Shown in pieces: positions 35,968-45,064 of a stretch of 64,000 nucleotides of DNA. Position 1 is the first letter of the stretch. Each line of letters begins with the position of its first letter. The stretch lies in contig CAVXTN010000005.1 in the NCBI GenBank assembly GCA_963764745.1, forward strand, positions 422,207-486,206, written 5' to 3'. The position numbers and the translations under genes are program-made. This DNA is from Candidatus Aminicenantes bacterium (GTDB taxonomy: Bacteria > Acidobacteriota > Aminicenantia > UBA2199). The notes below the pieces were generated by a model that saw nothing but the letters and a program-made list of their open reading frames with translations, made no database searches and was not told the origin of the DNA.

Positions 35968-36990
35968 TCAGGAATTCTCTTGCTGCAGAGTACTGACCAG
36001 ATGGGTCAATTGATGGCGGTTCTTCACGTTCATTTTCCGGTAAAGGCTGTAGACGTGGCTCTTCACGGTATGGATGGAGATAAAAAGCGATTCTTCCATC
36101 TGTTTATAACTTTTACCGTCGATGACCAGCTCGAAAACTTCCAGCTCGCGGGCGGACAGGCCGTGTTTTTTTTGCAGGGACCGCAGATCGATGCGCCGGC
36201 CGATGATCTTCCCCAGGCTGCCGGCCCAGGGGGTGAAATAGAACTTCAACCAGAAGACCGGGATAAGATTGGTGACAAGGATCAGCACCTTGGCCAAGGA
36301 GATAGTCAAATAATAGTAAGGGAACTCGTTGAGGACCAGCAAAAACAACTGCATGAGGATAAGGCCGAGAAAAAGCCGGGCAAATGCTTTGTCGGAACGT
36401 TTGCGGTCAGGGTCGGAATCATGGCGGTTTGCCGTATGCAGGCGAACCAGCCACGCCAGCTCCAGCAGGTTCAGGGGCCAGACATAGAGATTCCAAAAAT
36501 TGAGCAGCGGGCTTTTGGGCATATACGCCGGGAAGCGCATGGCCAGCAGGAACAAGCCCATGGCAGAGGCCATGAATAAAAACAAGGCCGGGGCGAACCA
36601 TTTGGGCAGTTTTTTTTCGCGCAGCCAGGCGATCATTTTATATAGGAAAAAATACGACCCCAGGATCAGCAGCGAACGCAGGGGCCAGTCGATCGACTTG
36701 AGCATCAGAATAATATTTCCCAATTGCCGGGAAGTCAGGTTGCTTTTAAAATAGACGACAAAAAATGATTCGAGCTCGATCAGGTTGTACAAGATCATGA
36801 ATCCCAGCAGATAGCGGAGGCGGGAATCGGGAAAACGCCGCGACTTCTGCTGGAAATAAAACACGGCCCAAACTCCGATGAGCAGAGCAAGAACCGTGGA
36901 CAGGATATTGAAATGCCGCAAGAAGGGTTCCTCCTTGATATAAAAAATGATTATAAGGCAAATCTTTTTGTCGGGCAAGAACAACTTCAA
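35968..36990 (-). CDS. LuxR-family transcriptional regulator with multi-TM N-terminal sensor domain (start uncertain)
   Basis: About seven hydrophobic segments, then LSARELEVFELVIDGKSYKQMEESLFISIHTVKSHVYSLYRKMNVKNR. Confidence 0.88.
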   Translation of the reverse strand: MKLFLPDKKICLIIIFYIKEEPFLRHFNILSTVLALLIGVWAVFYFQQKSRRFPDSRLRYLLGFMILYNLIELESFFVVYFKSNLTSRQLGNIILMLKSIDWPLRSLLILGSYFFLYKMIAWLREKKLPKWFAPALFLFMASAMGLFLLAMRFPAYMPKSPLLNFWNLYVWPLNLLELAWLVRLHTANRHDSDPDRKRSDKAFARLFLGLILMQLFLLVLNEFPYYYLTISLAKVLILVTNLIPVFWLKFYFTPWAGSLGKIIGRRIDLRSLQKKHGLSARELEVFELVIDGKSYKQMEESLFISIHTVKSHVYSLYRKMNVKNRHQLTHLVSTLQQENS

Positions 36991-37023
36991 GACGGGATGT
37001 CCGCGGCATGTCTCGGGAAACCA

Positions 37024-37063
37024 TATGATTTTTGCAAATCATACCAATTCCCCATGGGCAACT
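37024..37063 (+). promoter_or_regulatory. Conserved 40-bp upstream motif, copy 1 (putative regulator-binding site)
   Basis: TATGATTTTTGCAAATCATACCAATTCCCCATGGGCAACT; 34/40 identical to 38274..38313; contains ATGATT-N6-AATCAT and CCCATGGG palindromes. Confidence 0.65.
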
Positions 37064-37125
37064 TCCAAAAAACGTCGCATTCTTCACAATGAAGTCGATT
37101 AAGCAAAACGCCAAAGGAGGATGTC

Positions 37126-38136
37126 ATGTTTATCGAAAAGTACCTTCGCGGGATCGCCAGTTTCATGATGCTTGTTTTCATGGCCGCAGTTCTGGCGGGT
37201 GACAATTCGTTCTTCAAAAAGAAAACTTCGGAAGCAGGATCGGCCGCCAGGCCAAAGACGGTTCAGGCGGAAGCTTCATCACCCCGGGCATTGGAAAAAG
37301 AGAGTGCCAATCCCGGAATGGGGAAAAAGAAAAAATTCCCCGTATTGGCCGTGGCCTTGGGAATCGGAGTCGCCGCCGGGCTGATCCTGCTCCTGACAAA
37401 GAAAAAAAAGGATGATGCCAAAACCCCTGCCACCTATGCGGGCGGCGTTCTGGCGGTGAGCGGCATGCGCTATGAATTCGCCGCGATTCCAGCCGGTTCG
37501 TTTCGCATGGGCAGCGACGCCGCGGAGGCCTTGGCGGATCAAAAACCGGTGCACGCCGTGACGATTTCCGCAGGGTTTTGGCTGGGAAAAACCGAGGTGA
37601 CCCAGGGACTCTGGAAAGCGGTGATGGGGAACAATCCCGCCAATTCCCAGAGCGGAGACAACTTTCCGCTGGAACAGGTTTCCTGGGAGGATTGCCAGCG
37701 ATTCATCGCAAAGTTAAATCAAATGACCGGAAATGACAGTTTCCGCCTGCCGACCGAAGCGGAATGGGAGTATGCCTGCCGGGCCGGCACGACAGGGGAA
37801 CGTTACGGCGACCTGAATGCCGTGGCCTGGTATTCCGGCAACTCCGGCAATCTCAGCCATCTCGTGGCCCAGAAACAGCCCAACAATTGGGGTTTATACG
37901 ATACGCTGGGAAATGTGGACGAATGGTGCTCGGATTGGTGGTCGGAGACCTATTTCAGCCAGTCGCCAGCAGTCGATCCCCAGGGACCTTCCTCCGGCAC
38001 CAAAAAGGTTCTCCGCGGTGGGGATTCTTTTTTTGAAGCCGAGTGGTCACGGGCGGCGTTCCGCATTGACGCAGAACCGTCACATGCCAATAAGGCCACA
38101 GGGCTTCGCCTGGCCGCGGTTTCAGCGGGGAATTAG
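37126..38136 (+). CDS. FGE-sulfatase-domain (SUMF1/PvdO-like) protein, signal peptide plus internal TM anchor
   Basis: FRMGS, KTEVTQ, RLPTEAEWEYACRAG, NNWGLYDTLGNVDEW, VLRGG. Confidence 0.9.
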   Translation: MFIEKYLRGIASFMMLVFMAAVLAGDNSFFKKKTSEAGSAARPKTVQAEASSPRALEKESANPGMGKKKKFPVLAVALGIGVAAGLILLLTKKKKDDAKTPATYAGGVLAVSGMRYEFAAIPAGSFRMGSDAAEALADQKPVHAVTISAGFWLGKTEVTQGLWKAVMGNNPANSQSGDNFPLEQVSWEDCQRFIAKLNQMTGNDSFRLPTEAEWEYACRAGTTGERYGDLNAVAWYSGNSGNLSHLVAQKQPNNWGLYDTLGNVDEWCSDWWSETYFSQSPAVDPQGPSSGTKKVLRGGDSFFEAEWSRAAFRIDAEPSHANKATGLRLAAVSAGN

Positions 38137-38217
38137 CCCAGTGGCATGGCTTGTCACGCTTCGCGGCGCATGCCTTCCTTGTTTGACCGCCCGACGGGAA
38201 TGATGGAACAATTATCT

Positions 38218-38264
38218 TAATAATTCACCAGTTGCTGGCGGTTCTTCACGTTCATTTTCCGGTA
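38218..38264 (-). pseudogene. 3'-terminal remnant of a second luxR-family gene
   Basis: 29-bp exact match (38236..38264) to 36014..36042; reads YRKMNVKNRQQLVNY*, versus YRKMNVKNRHQLTHL in the intact gene. Confidence 0.75.
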
Positions 38265-38273
38265 GGGAATTCG

Positions 38274-38313
38274 TATGATTTTTGTAAATCTCACTAATTT
38301 CCCATAGGCAACT
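38274..38313 (+). promoter_or_regulatory. Conserved 40-bp upstream motif, copy 2
   Basis: TATGATTTTTGTAAATCTCACTAATTTCCCATAGGCAACT; 34/40 identical to 37024..37063. Confidence 0.65.
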
Positions 38314-38384
38314 GCTGAAAACCACCGTATCATTTGCGAAGCGTGACGATGAAAACCAGTCTTTTTTGAAATAAGGAGGTTGTC

Positions 38385-39542
38385 ATGTTTTTCGCAAAGC
38401 ACATGCGCATCATTCTTTTGGTCCTGGCTGCGGTTTGGCTCCATTCGCCGGCGGTTGCCGCCGACCCGACCCTGCCGCTGCCCATCCGCGAGGAAAAGCT
38501 CGCTTCCGCCAAAGTCGGGGAAACCAGGGAATTCTGGGTCTCGCTGCCCGATCGCTACATGGAGTCCGGCGAGAAATATCCGGTGCTCTACATGATGGAT
38601 GGGGACTTCAACTTCAACTCGGGCGTGATCGGCGGATTGCGCCATGCCGCCCAGCTGGGCGAATTTCCCGAATTCATCATCGTGGGCATCCAGAACACCG
38701 ATCGCGGGAAAGACAGCTTCCCCGAGGAGCTCACCTACAGCGACGGCAGCAAAGACGGGGGACGGGCCAACCAATACCTGGATTTCATCCATGATGAGCT
38801 GATTCCGCATGTCGAAAAAAATTACCGCTGCGAAAAATTCCGGGTGCTCTATGGTACTTCCAATACCGGCTTCACCGCCGTGTACGCATTGTTCCGCAGC
38901 CCCGAGCTTGCCGATTATTATGTCGCCGCCAGCGCCACACTGCGCGTGCCCTACTTTCTCGCCAAGCGCGACCAGCTGATCCGCGACTTCAAGGGAGGAA
39001 AGCGGAAATTGGCGCTGGTGATGGGTGAGGACGATTTTCCCACCATCCTGAGCCAGAACGGGGAACTGAAGGAAAAGATCGATATGATGGCGCCGCCAGG
39101 CCTGGCCTGCCGGTTTGCCGTCATCACGAACGCCGGGCATGTGCCGGCCAACGCCCTGCTGGAAGGAATGCGCTCTCTTTTCGCCGGCTGGAAGCTCAGC
39201 GGGCCCCTGACCGAGGATAGCTTCGACGAGATCCGCGCCCAGGTGGACAGGCGTCTCGAAAAATATGGGATTGCCGGCAGGCTTCCCGAAGACGAGTTGA
39301 AGGGTCTGGGTGAGGGCCTGCTGGCCGAGAAGAAATATGGCAAGGCCCTGGAAGTGGTCCAATACCGGGTGGACAGCTATCCCGGTTCCGCCGACGCGCG
39401 GGTAAGCCTGGGCGATGCCTATCGAGAGAGCGGCAGGCCGGACAAAGCCAAGGAATGTTTCAAACAGGCTCTGGCGCTGGCCCCGGGCCATGCCGGCGCG
39501 GCAGCCAAACTGAAAGAGTTGGATAAAAAACAAGCAAAATAA
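38385..39542 (+). CDS. Secreted alpha/beta-hydrolase (putative esterase) with C-terminal TPR
   Basis: Signal peptide; YPVLYMMDG, IIVGI, GGRANQYLDFIHDELIP, GTSNTG nucleophile elbow; TPR ARVSLGDAYRESG. Confidence 0.85.
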   Translation: MFFAKHMRIILLVLAAVWLHSPAVAADPTLPLPIREEKLASAKVGETREFWVSLPDRYMESGEKYPVLYMMDGDFNFNSGVIGGLRHAAQLGEFPEFIIVGIQNTDRGKDSFPEELTYSDGSKDGGRANQYLDFIHDELIPHVEKNYRCEKFRVLYGTSNTGFTAVYALFRSPELADYYVAASATLRVPYFLAKRDQLIRDFKGGKRKLALVMGEDDFPTILSQNGELKEKIDMMAPPGLACRFAVITNAGHVPANALLEGMRSLFAGWKLSGPLTEDSFDEIRAQVDRRLEKYGIAGRLPEDELKGLGEGLLAEKKYGKALEVVQYRVDSYPGSADARVSLGDAYRESGRPDKAKECFKQALALAPGHAGAAAKLKELDKKQAK

Positions 39543-39577
39543 ATTCACTGTTACGTAGTAAGGAAAAGGAGGTCTTA

Positions 39578-40111
39578 ATGGAATCAAAACAGAGTCGGCG
39601 TTATTTTCTGAAAAGTTGCGCGAAATTCGGCGGAGCCTGCTGCGCGCTGCTGGCCTGGAACCGGCATATCCGGGCCGAAGACAATCCCGAGGCAAAAAAA
39701 GAGCCCGCAAAAAAACCGATTGATTTTAAGAAACTTTCCTATTGCGGGATCCCCTGCGAACAGGCGTGTGAACTCTATAAGGCAACCCTGGAAAACGATG
39801 TAAAAAAGAAAAAGCTTTTGTATGAACAACAGGAGATGAAAAAGAATTTTGGCATCGAATTCGATCCGGAAAAAGTGTTCTGTTACACCTGCAAACCCGG
39901 GGACAAGCCCAAAAAGGTCGGCATGGACACCTGCGTCGTCCGTATCTGCGCGCTGGCCAATGGCATGGAGTCGTGCGTTCAATGCCGGAACCTGGCTGCC
40001 TGCGGCAAGGAGTTCTGGAAAACCTGGCCCGAGCTCTACGAATTCAACAAAAAAAACCAGACGCGCTACAGCGCCGAGCCGGGAGCGGCTCTTCGGGAGG
40101 TCAAGTCCTGA
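39578..40111 (+). CDS. Cys-rich DUF3795-like protein with Tat signal
   Basis: SRRYFLK twin-arginine motif; SYCGIPC...C, CYTC, C..RIC, SCVQC...C. Confidence 0.75.
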   Translation: MESKQSRRYFLKSCAKFGGACCALLAWNRHIRAEDNPEAKKEPAKKPIDFKKLSYCGIPCEQACELYKATLENDVKKKKLLYEQQEMKKNFGIEFDPEKVFCYTCKPGDKPKKVGMDTCVVRICALANGMESCVQCRNLAACGKEFWKTWPELYEFNKKNQTRYSAEPGAALREVKS

Positions 40112-40203
40112 CGGGCAACGTTCGCGCCTCCCTGTCGCGCGCCCGAAACGGCGCGGTTGCGCAAATGGGCAGGGAACGAATCAACGCTATTGGAGAAAAA
40201 AGC

Positions 40204-41148
40204 ATGACAAATAAATTTCTGCTCATCTGGCTGTTTTTGGCTCTGCAAAATTTTATGGCGGCAGCTTCCGCCAAGTGTACCCTGACGGCGGACAAGGATT
40301 TGACCAATGCGGCCGCGGCGGAGCCCGCTCACCGGATCAGGGGCGCCTACTTCGGTCGGAGCTTGCCGGGAGAAACGCCGGTGCCCTTTGCGCCTGAAGT
40401 TCTGAGTTCGCTCGGATCCTGGGTGGAAGCCACGGAGTTCTCTCCGGATGGCAGCCAATGCTTCGTGTCAGTGGGAGCCGCGGATTATTCGAACGCGAAG
40501 CTATACTATTCAAAACGCAGGAACGATTACTGGACGCCATTTGCGAAGGCTCCGTTCAGCGCGAATTTCACCTATGCGAACGAACCCGTGTTTTCGGCGG
40601 ACGGCGCCACCCTCACGTTCACCGGAAAAAAAGCGGCCGGGACGCTGGATCTCTGGACCGTGAGCCATACACATCGGGGCTGGGCCGCGCCCGTGGCGTT
40701 GCCTTTTCCGATCAACGGCAGCGCCAAGGAATACCGCGGCAGCTATATGACGGACGGGGCCCTGTATTTCGGCTCAAATCGTTCCGGCATGATGCAGGTG
40801 CACAGAACGCGCAAGGATGCGACCGGGGCGCTGGTGGTGGAACTGGTTGGAGCCCCGATCAGCATGAACAGTCATGAAGGGGATCCCTGCATCGCCCCGG
40901 ACGGTCATTTCCTCATCTTCTATTCCGCCCGGGACGGGAAAAGCGCGGATCTCTTCGTGAGTTTCCGGGACGGAAACGGGGGCTGGGGGGCGCCCATCAA
41001 TCTTGGGGACAAATTCAACAGCGCGAACGATGAATACGGCGCCCACCTGTCCAGCGACGGCAGATACCTGTTCTTTACCCGCCACACGGCGCAGGGGAAC
41101 GGCATCTACTGGGTGGCCGCCTCGGCCATCGAAAAACTCAAACCATAA
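40204..41148 (+). CDS. Secreted PD40/TolB-like beta-propeller protein
   Basis: YFGRSLPGETPVPFAP; repeats FSPDG, FSADG, PCIAPDG, HLSSDGRYLFF. Confidence 0.8.
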   Translation: MTNKFLLIWLFLALQNFMAAASAKCTLTADKDLTNAAAAEPAHRIRGAYFGRSLPGETPVPFAPEVLSSLGSWVEATEFSPDGSQCFVSVGAADYSNAKLYYSKRRNDYWTPFAKAPFSANFTYANEPVFSADGATLTFTGKKAAGTLDLWTVSHTHRGWAAPVALPFPINGSAKEYRGSYMTDGALYFGSNRSGMMQVHRTRKDATGALVVELVGAPISMNSHEGDPCIAPDGHFLIFYSARDGKSADLFVSFRDGNGGWGAPINLGDKFNSANDEYGAHLSSDGRYLFFTRHTAQGNGIYWVAASAIEKLKP

Positions 41149-41187
41149 TTATCGGATCCCGCGAATTTTTTGTGGCCGACCGCAGTC

Positions 41188-42072
41188 CTATTTTTCGGAA
41201 AAGTAGCCGCGTTCTCTCAGAAAACGCTCAAATTGAGCTTTGCCATCGTCGCGAAAACCGGGGTCCGGGTCAAAGTTGTCTTCCTGGTCCGCTAAGTTGC
41301 GGGTAAGCAGGTGACCCACTCCCGGGTAGACATGCAGCTCGCAGACGCCCCCGGCCCGGATCACGCGCTCGCGGAACCGTTCCGCCTTGGCCAGCGGCGT
41401 AAGCGTGTCTTTGTCGCCGTTGACGATGCAGGAGGGAGGCGTCGAAGCCCCGGCGTGCTCCATTGGGGAATAATCCGCGGCGCTCGCCCGGCCCTGGAGC
41501 AGGCGCACGAACCAGCCATCGGCCTCGACGTCCAGCGCCGGGGACCACAACAGCAGCAGGTCGGGCTTGGAGCTCGTGTCGTCGATCCCGTCGCCGGGGA
41601 GATCCAGTGTCGCGGCGGCGGCGACCAGCTGGCCGCCGGCCGAAACGCCGTATCCGACCACGCGCTTGGGATCGATGTTCAATTCCGTCGCATGGCGGCG
41701 CACCCAGCGAAACGCGGCCCGCGCATCGTCCAGGGCTTCGATCGGCGTGATCTTCCCTTCCGCGAGGCGGTAATCGACCGTAACGGCCGTCAGGCCATAA
41801 TGGGCAAAGCGCATGGCCTCTCCCGCGGTCCAATCGGCGCTGCCCGCCACCCAGCCGCCGCCATGGAATAGAAGAACCACGGCCGTGGGCTGCGCGGAAA
41901 TTTCGCCTCGCGGTGAAAATACGTACGCGTTCAGTTTTTGCCCGTCTATCTCGCGAATGACATATGGGCGCGGTTGCGGGGCGGCGTCGTTCGCTGCCGG
42001 CACGGTCTGCGCGGCCAAGACCCCGGCCAGGGCCAAGATCAAAAGAAAACAAAGTTTCGTTCGCATCCTCAT
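41188..42072 (-). CDS. Secreted alpha/beta-hydrolase (HSL/BD-FAE-like esterase)
   Basis: HGGGW, DYRL, GVSAGG nucleophile elbow, GDKDTLTP, GVGH. Confidence 0.9.
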   Translation of the reverse strand: MRMRTKLCFLLILALAGVLAAQTVPAANDAAPQPRPYVIREIDGQKLNAYVFSPRGEISAQPTAVVLLFHGGGWVAGSADWTAGEAMRFAHYGLTAVTVDYRLAEGKITPIEALDDARAAFRWVRRHATELNIDPKRVVGYGVSAGGQLVAAAATLDLPGDGIDDTSSKPDLLLLWSPALDVEADGWFVRLLQGRASAADYSPMEHAGASTPPSCIVNGDKDTLTPLAKAERFRERVIRAGGVCELHVYPGVGHLLTRNLADQEDNFDPDPGFRDDGKAQFERFLRERGYFSEK

Positions 42073-42177
42073 TTCTCCATTGGTTTACAGTCTGGTATTC
42101 GCAGGCGTTACATTGTAGAAAACGAATCCCGGGAATGAAAGGTTACACTATATCAGATAAATCGAATGAAAAGGTCT

Positions 42178-42550
42178 TTATTCAGGTTTCGCAGTCCTGA
42201 AAAATAAAACCAGGTACAAGCCGGCCAATAATGTACAAACTATGAAGATCACCGGCGAGAACCTGGGTGAGATAACGATCTCCTCGACCGCGCGCGAACC
42301 ATAGAACAGGAATACAAAAAGGAGCACCATCCGCCCCAGCTTCGTCCCCAGCATTTCCTGCGCATAGCATAATGAACTGATGGCAAACAGCAAAATGATC
42401 AGCACGCCGCCCGACGTTGAGCATCTCCATCAGCGGCCGGTCCCCCGCCGCGATCCCCGGGCTGGTATGGATCCGGTATCCCAGCCACACATGAAAGATC
42501 ACGAAAAACGCGTTGACCACCCCGCCTATGCGCAACAGGATTCGGTTCAT
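42178..42550 (-). CDS. Small hypothetical membrane protein (frameshift near 42405)
   Basis: Four hydrophobic segments when ORFs 42182..42550 and 42178..42405 are joined. Confidence 0.6.
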
Positions 42551-42614
42551 ATTCCATCCTCCTATGTTCTTGTAGAGTAAAGCTTTACGATGTCATTGGA
42601 ATCAAATATCCATG

Positions 42615-43221
42615 TTAGCGTAGCGGCTGGCGGATGATGGTCTTCCACTTGGCGGGGTCGGCCTTGCGGATGTCGGAGAGGTAGATTTCGTGGTGCTTGC
42701 CGGAGAGTTTACCGATTGAAGACAATGAAAGAGTGCACTTTGGCAACCGTGGGACCCTCGGAAGTGAAGGGACCGATGTGCAGGATCTGCGCGCACTTGC
42801 CTTCGGCGAACGGTTCGTAGCGCAAGCGGGCGAGGGCGGGCAGGTTCTTCTTTTTTTTCACCTCGGCGATGGTGTCGCACACCAGCGCCGTGGAGACGAA
42901 CTCGGGCTGCATGATCATCATGGTCCATTTCCAGCCCGACTTGTCTCGAGCCGAGAACGCGGCCATGTCGTCGGCCCACCACAGCCCCTCCAGCGGCGGC
43001 ACGCCGTAGTCGATGGCCAGGGTATTCCTGACCTTGAACTTGATGGCGTAGGCCACGGAGAAGAGCGCCTCGACCGCCTCCTGGTAGGCCGGCGCCGTGT
43101 TGGGGTCGCCTTGGCCGTCGATCATCAGGAAGTTCATGCCCGGCACCTCGACCAGGGCCACATCCTTCGCGGAAGGCTGGTAAAGATACTTAAGCTCTTT
43201 TTTAAGATCGATCTTTGTCAT
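42615..43221 (-). CDS. GyrI-like small-molecule-binding domain protein (frameshift near 42715)
   Basis: KIDLKKELKYLY, FLMIDGQGDPN, PLEGLWW, HIGPF; alternative frame ends HHEIYLSD.RKADPAKWKTIIRQPLR*. Confidence 0.85.
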
Positions 43222-43279
43222 GCTGGCTTCTCCTCGAGGCCGAAAGAAAAATCACTAAAAAGGAAATAGCCTCCTCCAT

Positions 43280-43362
43280 GTAGGGGCACGGCGCGCCGTG
43301 CCCTAAATGAATCGTATCGTGCGCAAGGGAAAATGCAAGGGCGGGAATAACCCCACCCCTAC
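43280..43362. repeat. Inverted pair of GTAG-footed REP-like hairpins (REP doublet)
   Basis: GTAGGGGCACGGCGCGCCGTGCCCT (43280..43304, +) and GTAGGGGTGGGGTTATTCCCGCCCT (43362..43338, -); both 25 nt, 33-bp spacer. Confidence 0.75.
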
Positions 43363-43373
43363 CGCTATTAAAC

Positions 43374-44902
43374 CTAATACGTCTTCAGCTCGCCGATGGC
43401 GCTCTCGACCGCGTGCAGGATGTCGCGCTTCTTGACCGTCTCCATCATGGCGTTGTGGTCGGGGTAGAGCGGCCGGTCCTCGTCCAGGTGGGCGACGACC
43501 TTGCGCACCGCGTCCTTGGCGGCCAGGGTGCCCTTGCCCGGGGTGAACTCGCGGAAATCGAGGGCCTGGGCGGCGGCGATGAACTCGATGCCCAGCACGC
43601 CGTAGGCGTTGTCGATGATCTGCCGGGTCTTCAGCGCCGTGTTCATGCCCATGGAGACGAAGTCCTCCTGGTCGGCGGCGGCCGGGATCGACTGGATCGA
43701 GGCGGGCATGGACAGGATGCGCTGCTCGACGATCAGCATGTCGGCCGTGTACTGGCTGAGCATGTGGCCCGGAATACATGCCCGCGCCCTTGGTCAGGAA
43801 GGCGGGCAGGCCGACGCTCAGGGCCGGGTTGAGCAGGCGGTTCAGGCGCCGCTCGGAGATGACGCAGGCCATGGTCACGCAGGCGCCCATCATGTCCAGC
43901 GGCACCGAGATCGGCGAGCCCTGGAAGTTGGCGCCGGTCAGGACCACCTTGTCGTCGGGCAGGAAGATGGGGTTGTCGCCCACGCCGTTGAGCTCGATCT
44001 CGATCTGGCTGCGCGTCCAGCGCAGCTGGTCGCGGGCGGCGCCCAGCACCTGCGGCGTGGAGCGCATGCTGTAGGCGTCCTGCACCTTGACCTTGACCTT
44101 GCCCAGCAGGTCGGAGCCCTCGATGATGTGCTTGATGTTCTCGGCCGAGGTGACCGCGCCCTGGAAACCGCGCAGCTTGTGCAGGCGGGCGTCGTAGGGC
44201 TTCATGTTGGCCATCAGCGCCTCCAGGGTCATGGCCGCGGCGATCTCGGCCTGCTTGAGCAGCCGCTCGGTCTCGTAGATCTGCAGGCAGGCCATGCCGT
44301 TGATCAGGTTGCTGCCGTTGATGGCCGCCAGGCCGTCGCGGGCCTTGAGGCCCGGCACGGGGATGCCGGCTTTCTTCATGGCCGCGGCGCCGCTCAGGCG
44401 CTCGCCCTTCGAAAAAGGCCTCGCCCTCGCCCATGAGCAGCAGCGCGATCTGGCTCATGGGCGCCAGGTCGCCGCAGGCGCCGACGCTGCCCTTGTTGCA
44501 GACCACCGGCGTCACGCCCTTGTTCAGCATGTCCACGTAGGTCTGGGTGATGTCGGGCCGGCAGCCCGAATAGCCGTTGGCGTGGACGTTGATGCGCGCC
44601 AGCATGGCCGCCCGCACCTCGGGGATGGGCACCGGCGTGCCGATGCCGGCCGCGTGGTTGTAGATCAGGTATTTCTGGAACTGCCCGACCTGCTCGTCGG
44701 TCAGCACCACCTCGGAAAATTCGCCGATGCCGGTGTTGACGCCGTACATGATCTCGCGGGCCTCGATGCGCTTCTCGATGAAGGCGCGGCACTTCTTGAT
44801 CCTTTCCACGGCGTCGGGATGGAGCTCGACCTTCTCCAGGCCGTAGGCCACCTTATACACATCTTCGATCTTCAGGTTCTTTCCGGTCACGACAATCGCC
44901 AT
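43374..44902 (-). CDS. Second MIO-family aromatic amino acid ammonia-lyase (HAL-like) with Ala-Cys-Gly motif; frameshifts near 44400 and 43770
   Basis: [57 protein letters not shown]. Confidence 0.9.
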
Positions 44903-44948
44903 TTGTCCTCCTTTGATATTATGGGATGTATTTTTTTCAGCAAGGGTC

Positions 44949-44977
44949 ATTGTATGCAAATCCAGCGCTTTTGGCAA
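44949..44977 (-). promoter_or_regulatory. Sigma-70-type promoter for the second ammonia-lyase
   Basis: TTGCCA-N17-TACAAT on the minus strand, about 47 bp upstream of the ATG. Confidence 0.5.
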
Positions 44978-45064
44978 CCGTCTGCGAATATTTTGACCGG
45001 GCGGATGCGGGCGGCCCTTGACAGAAATGGTATAATGAATCCTGGATCAAACAAGGAGAAAGAA

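Noticed and set aside
9298-43261. 16-mer GAAAAATCACTAAAAA present at 9298 and 43246
   Set aside because: Low-complexity and A-rich; a single match of this length in 64 kb is compatible with chance, and the contexts differ.
29500-43400. Accessory stretch as a prophage, ICE or defence island
   Set aside because: No integrase, transposase, phage structural, restriction or known defence gene, and no att-like direct repeats were found by eye.
45018-45036. Perfect TTGACA and TATAAT upstream of htpG; possible CIRCE element
   Set aside because: The spacer is only 7 nt, so they are not a functional pair (the extended -10 TGGTATAAT may act alone). No CIRCE inverted repeat was seen near htpG.
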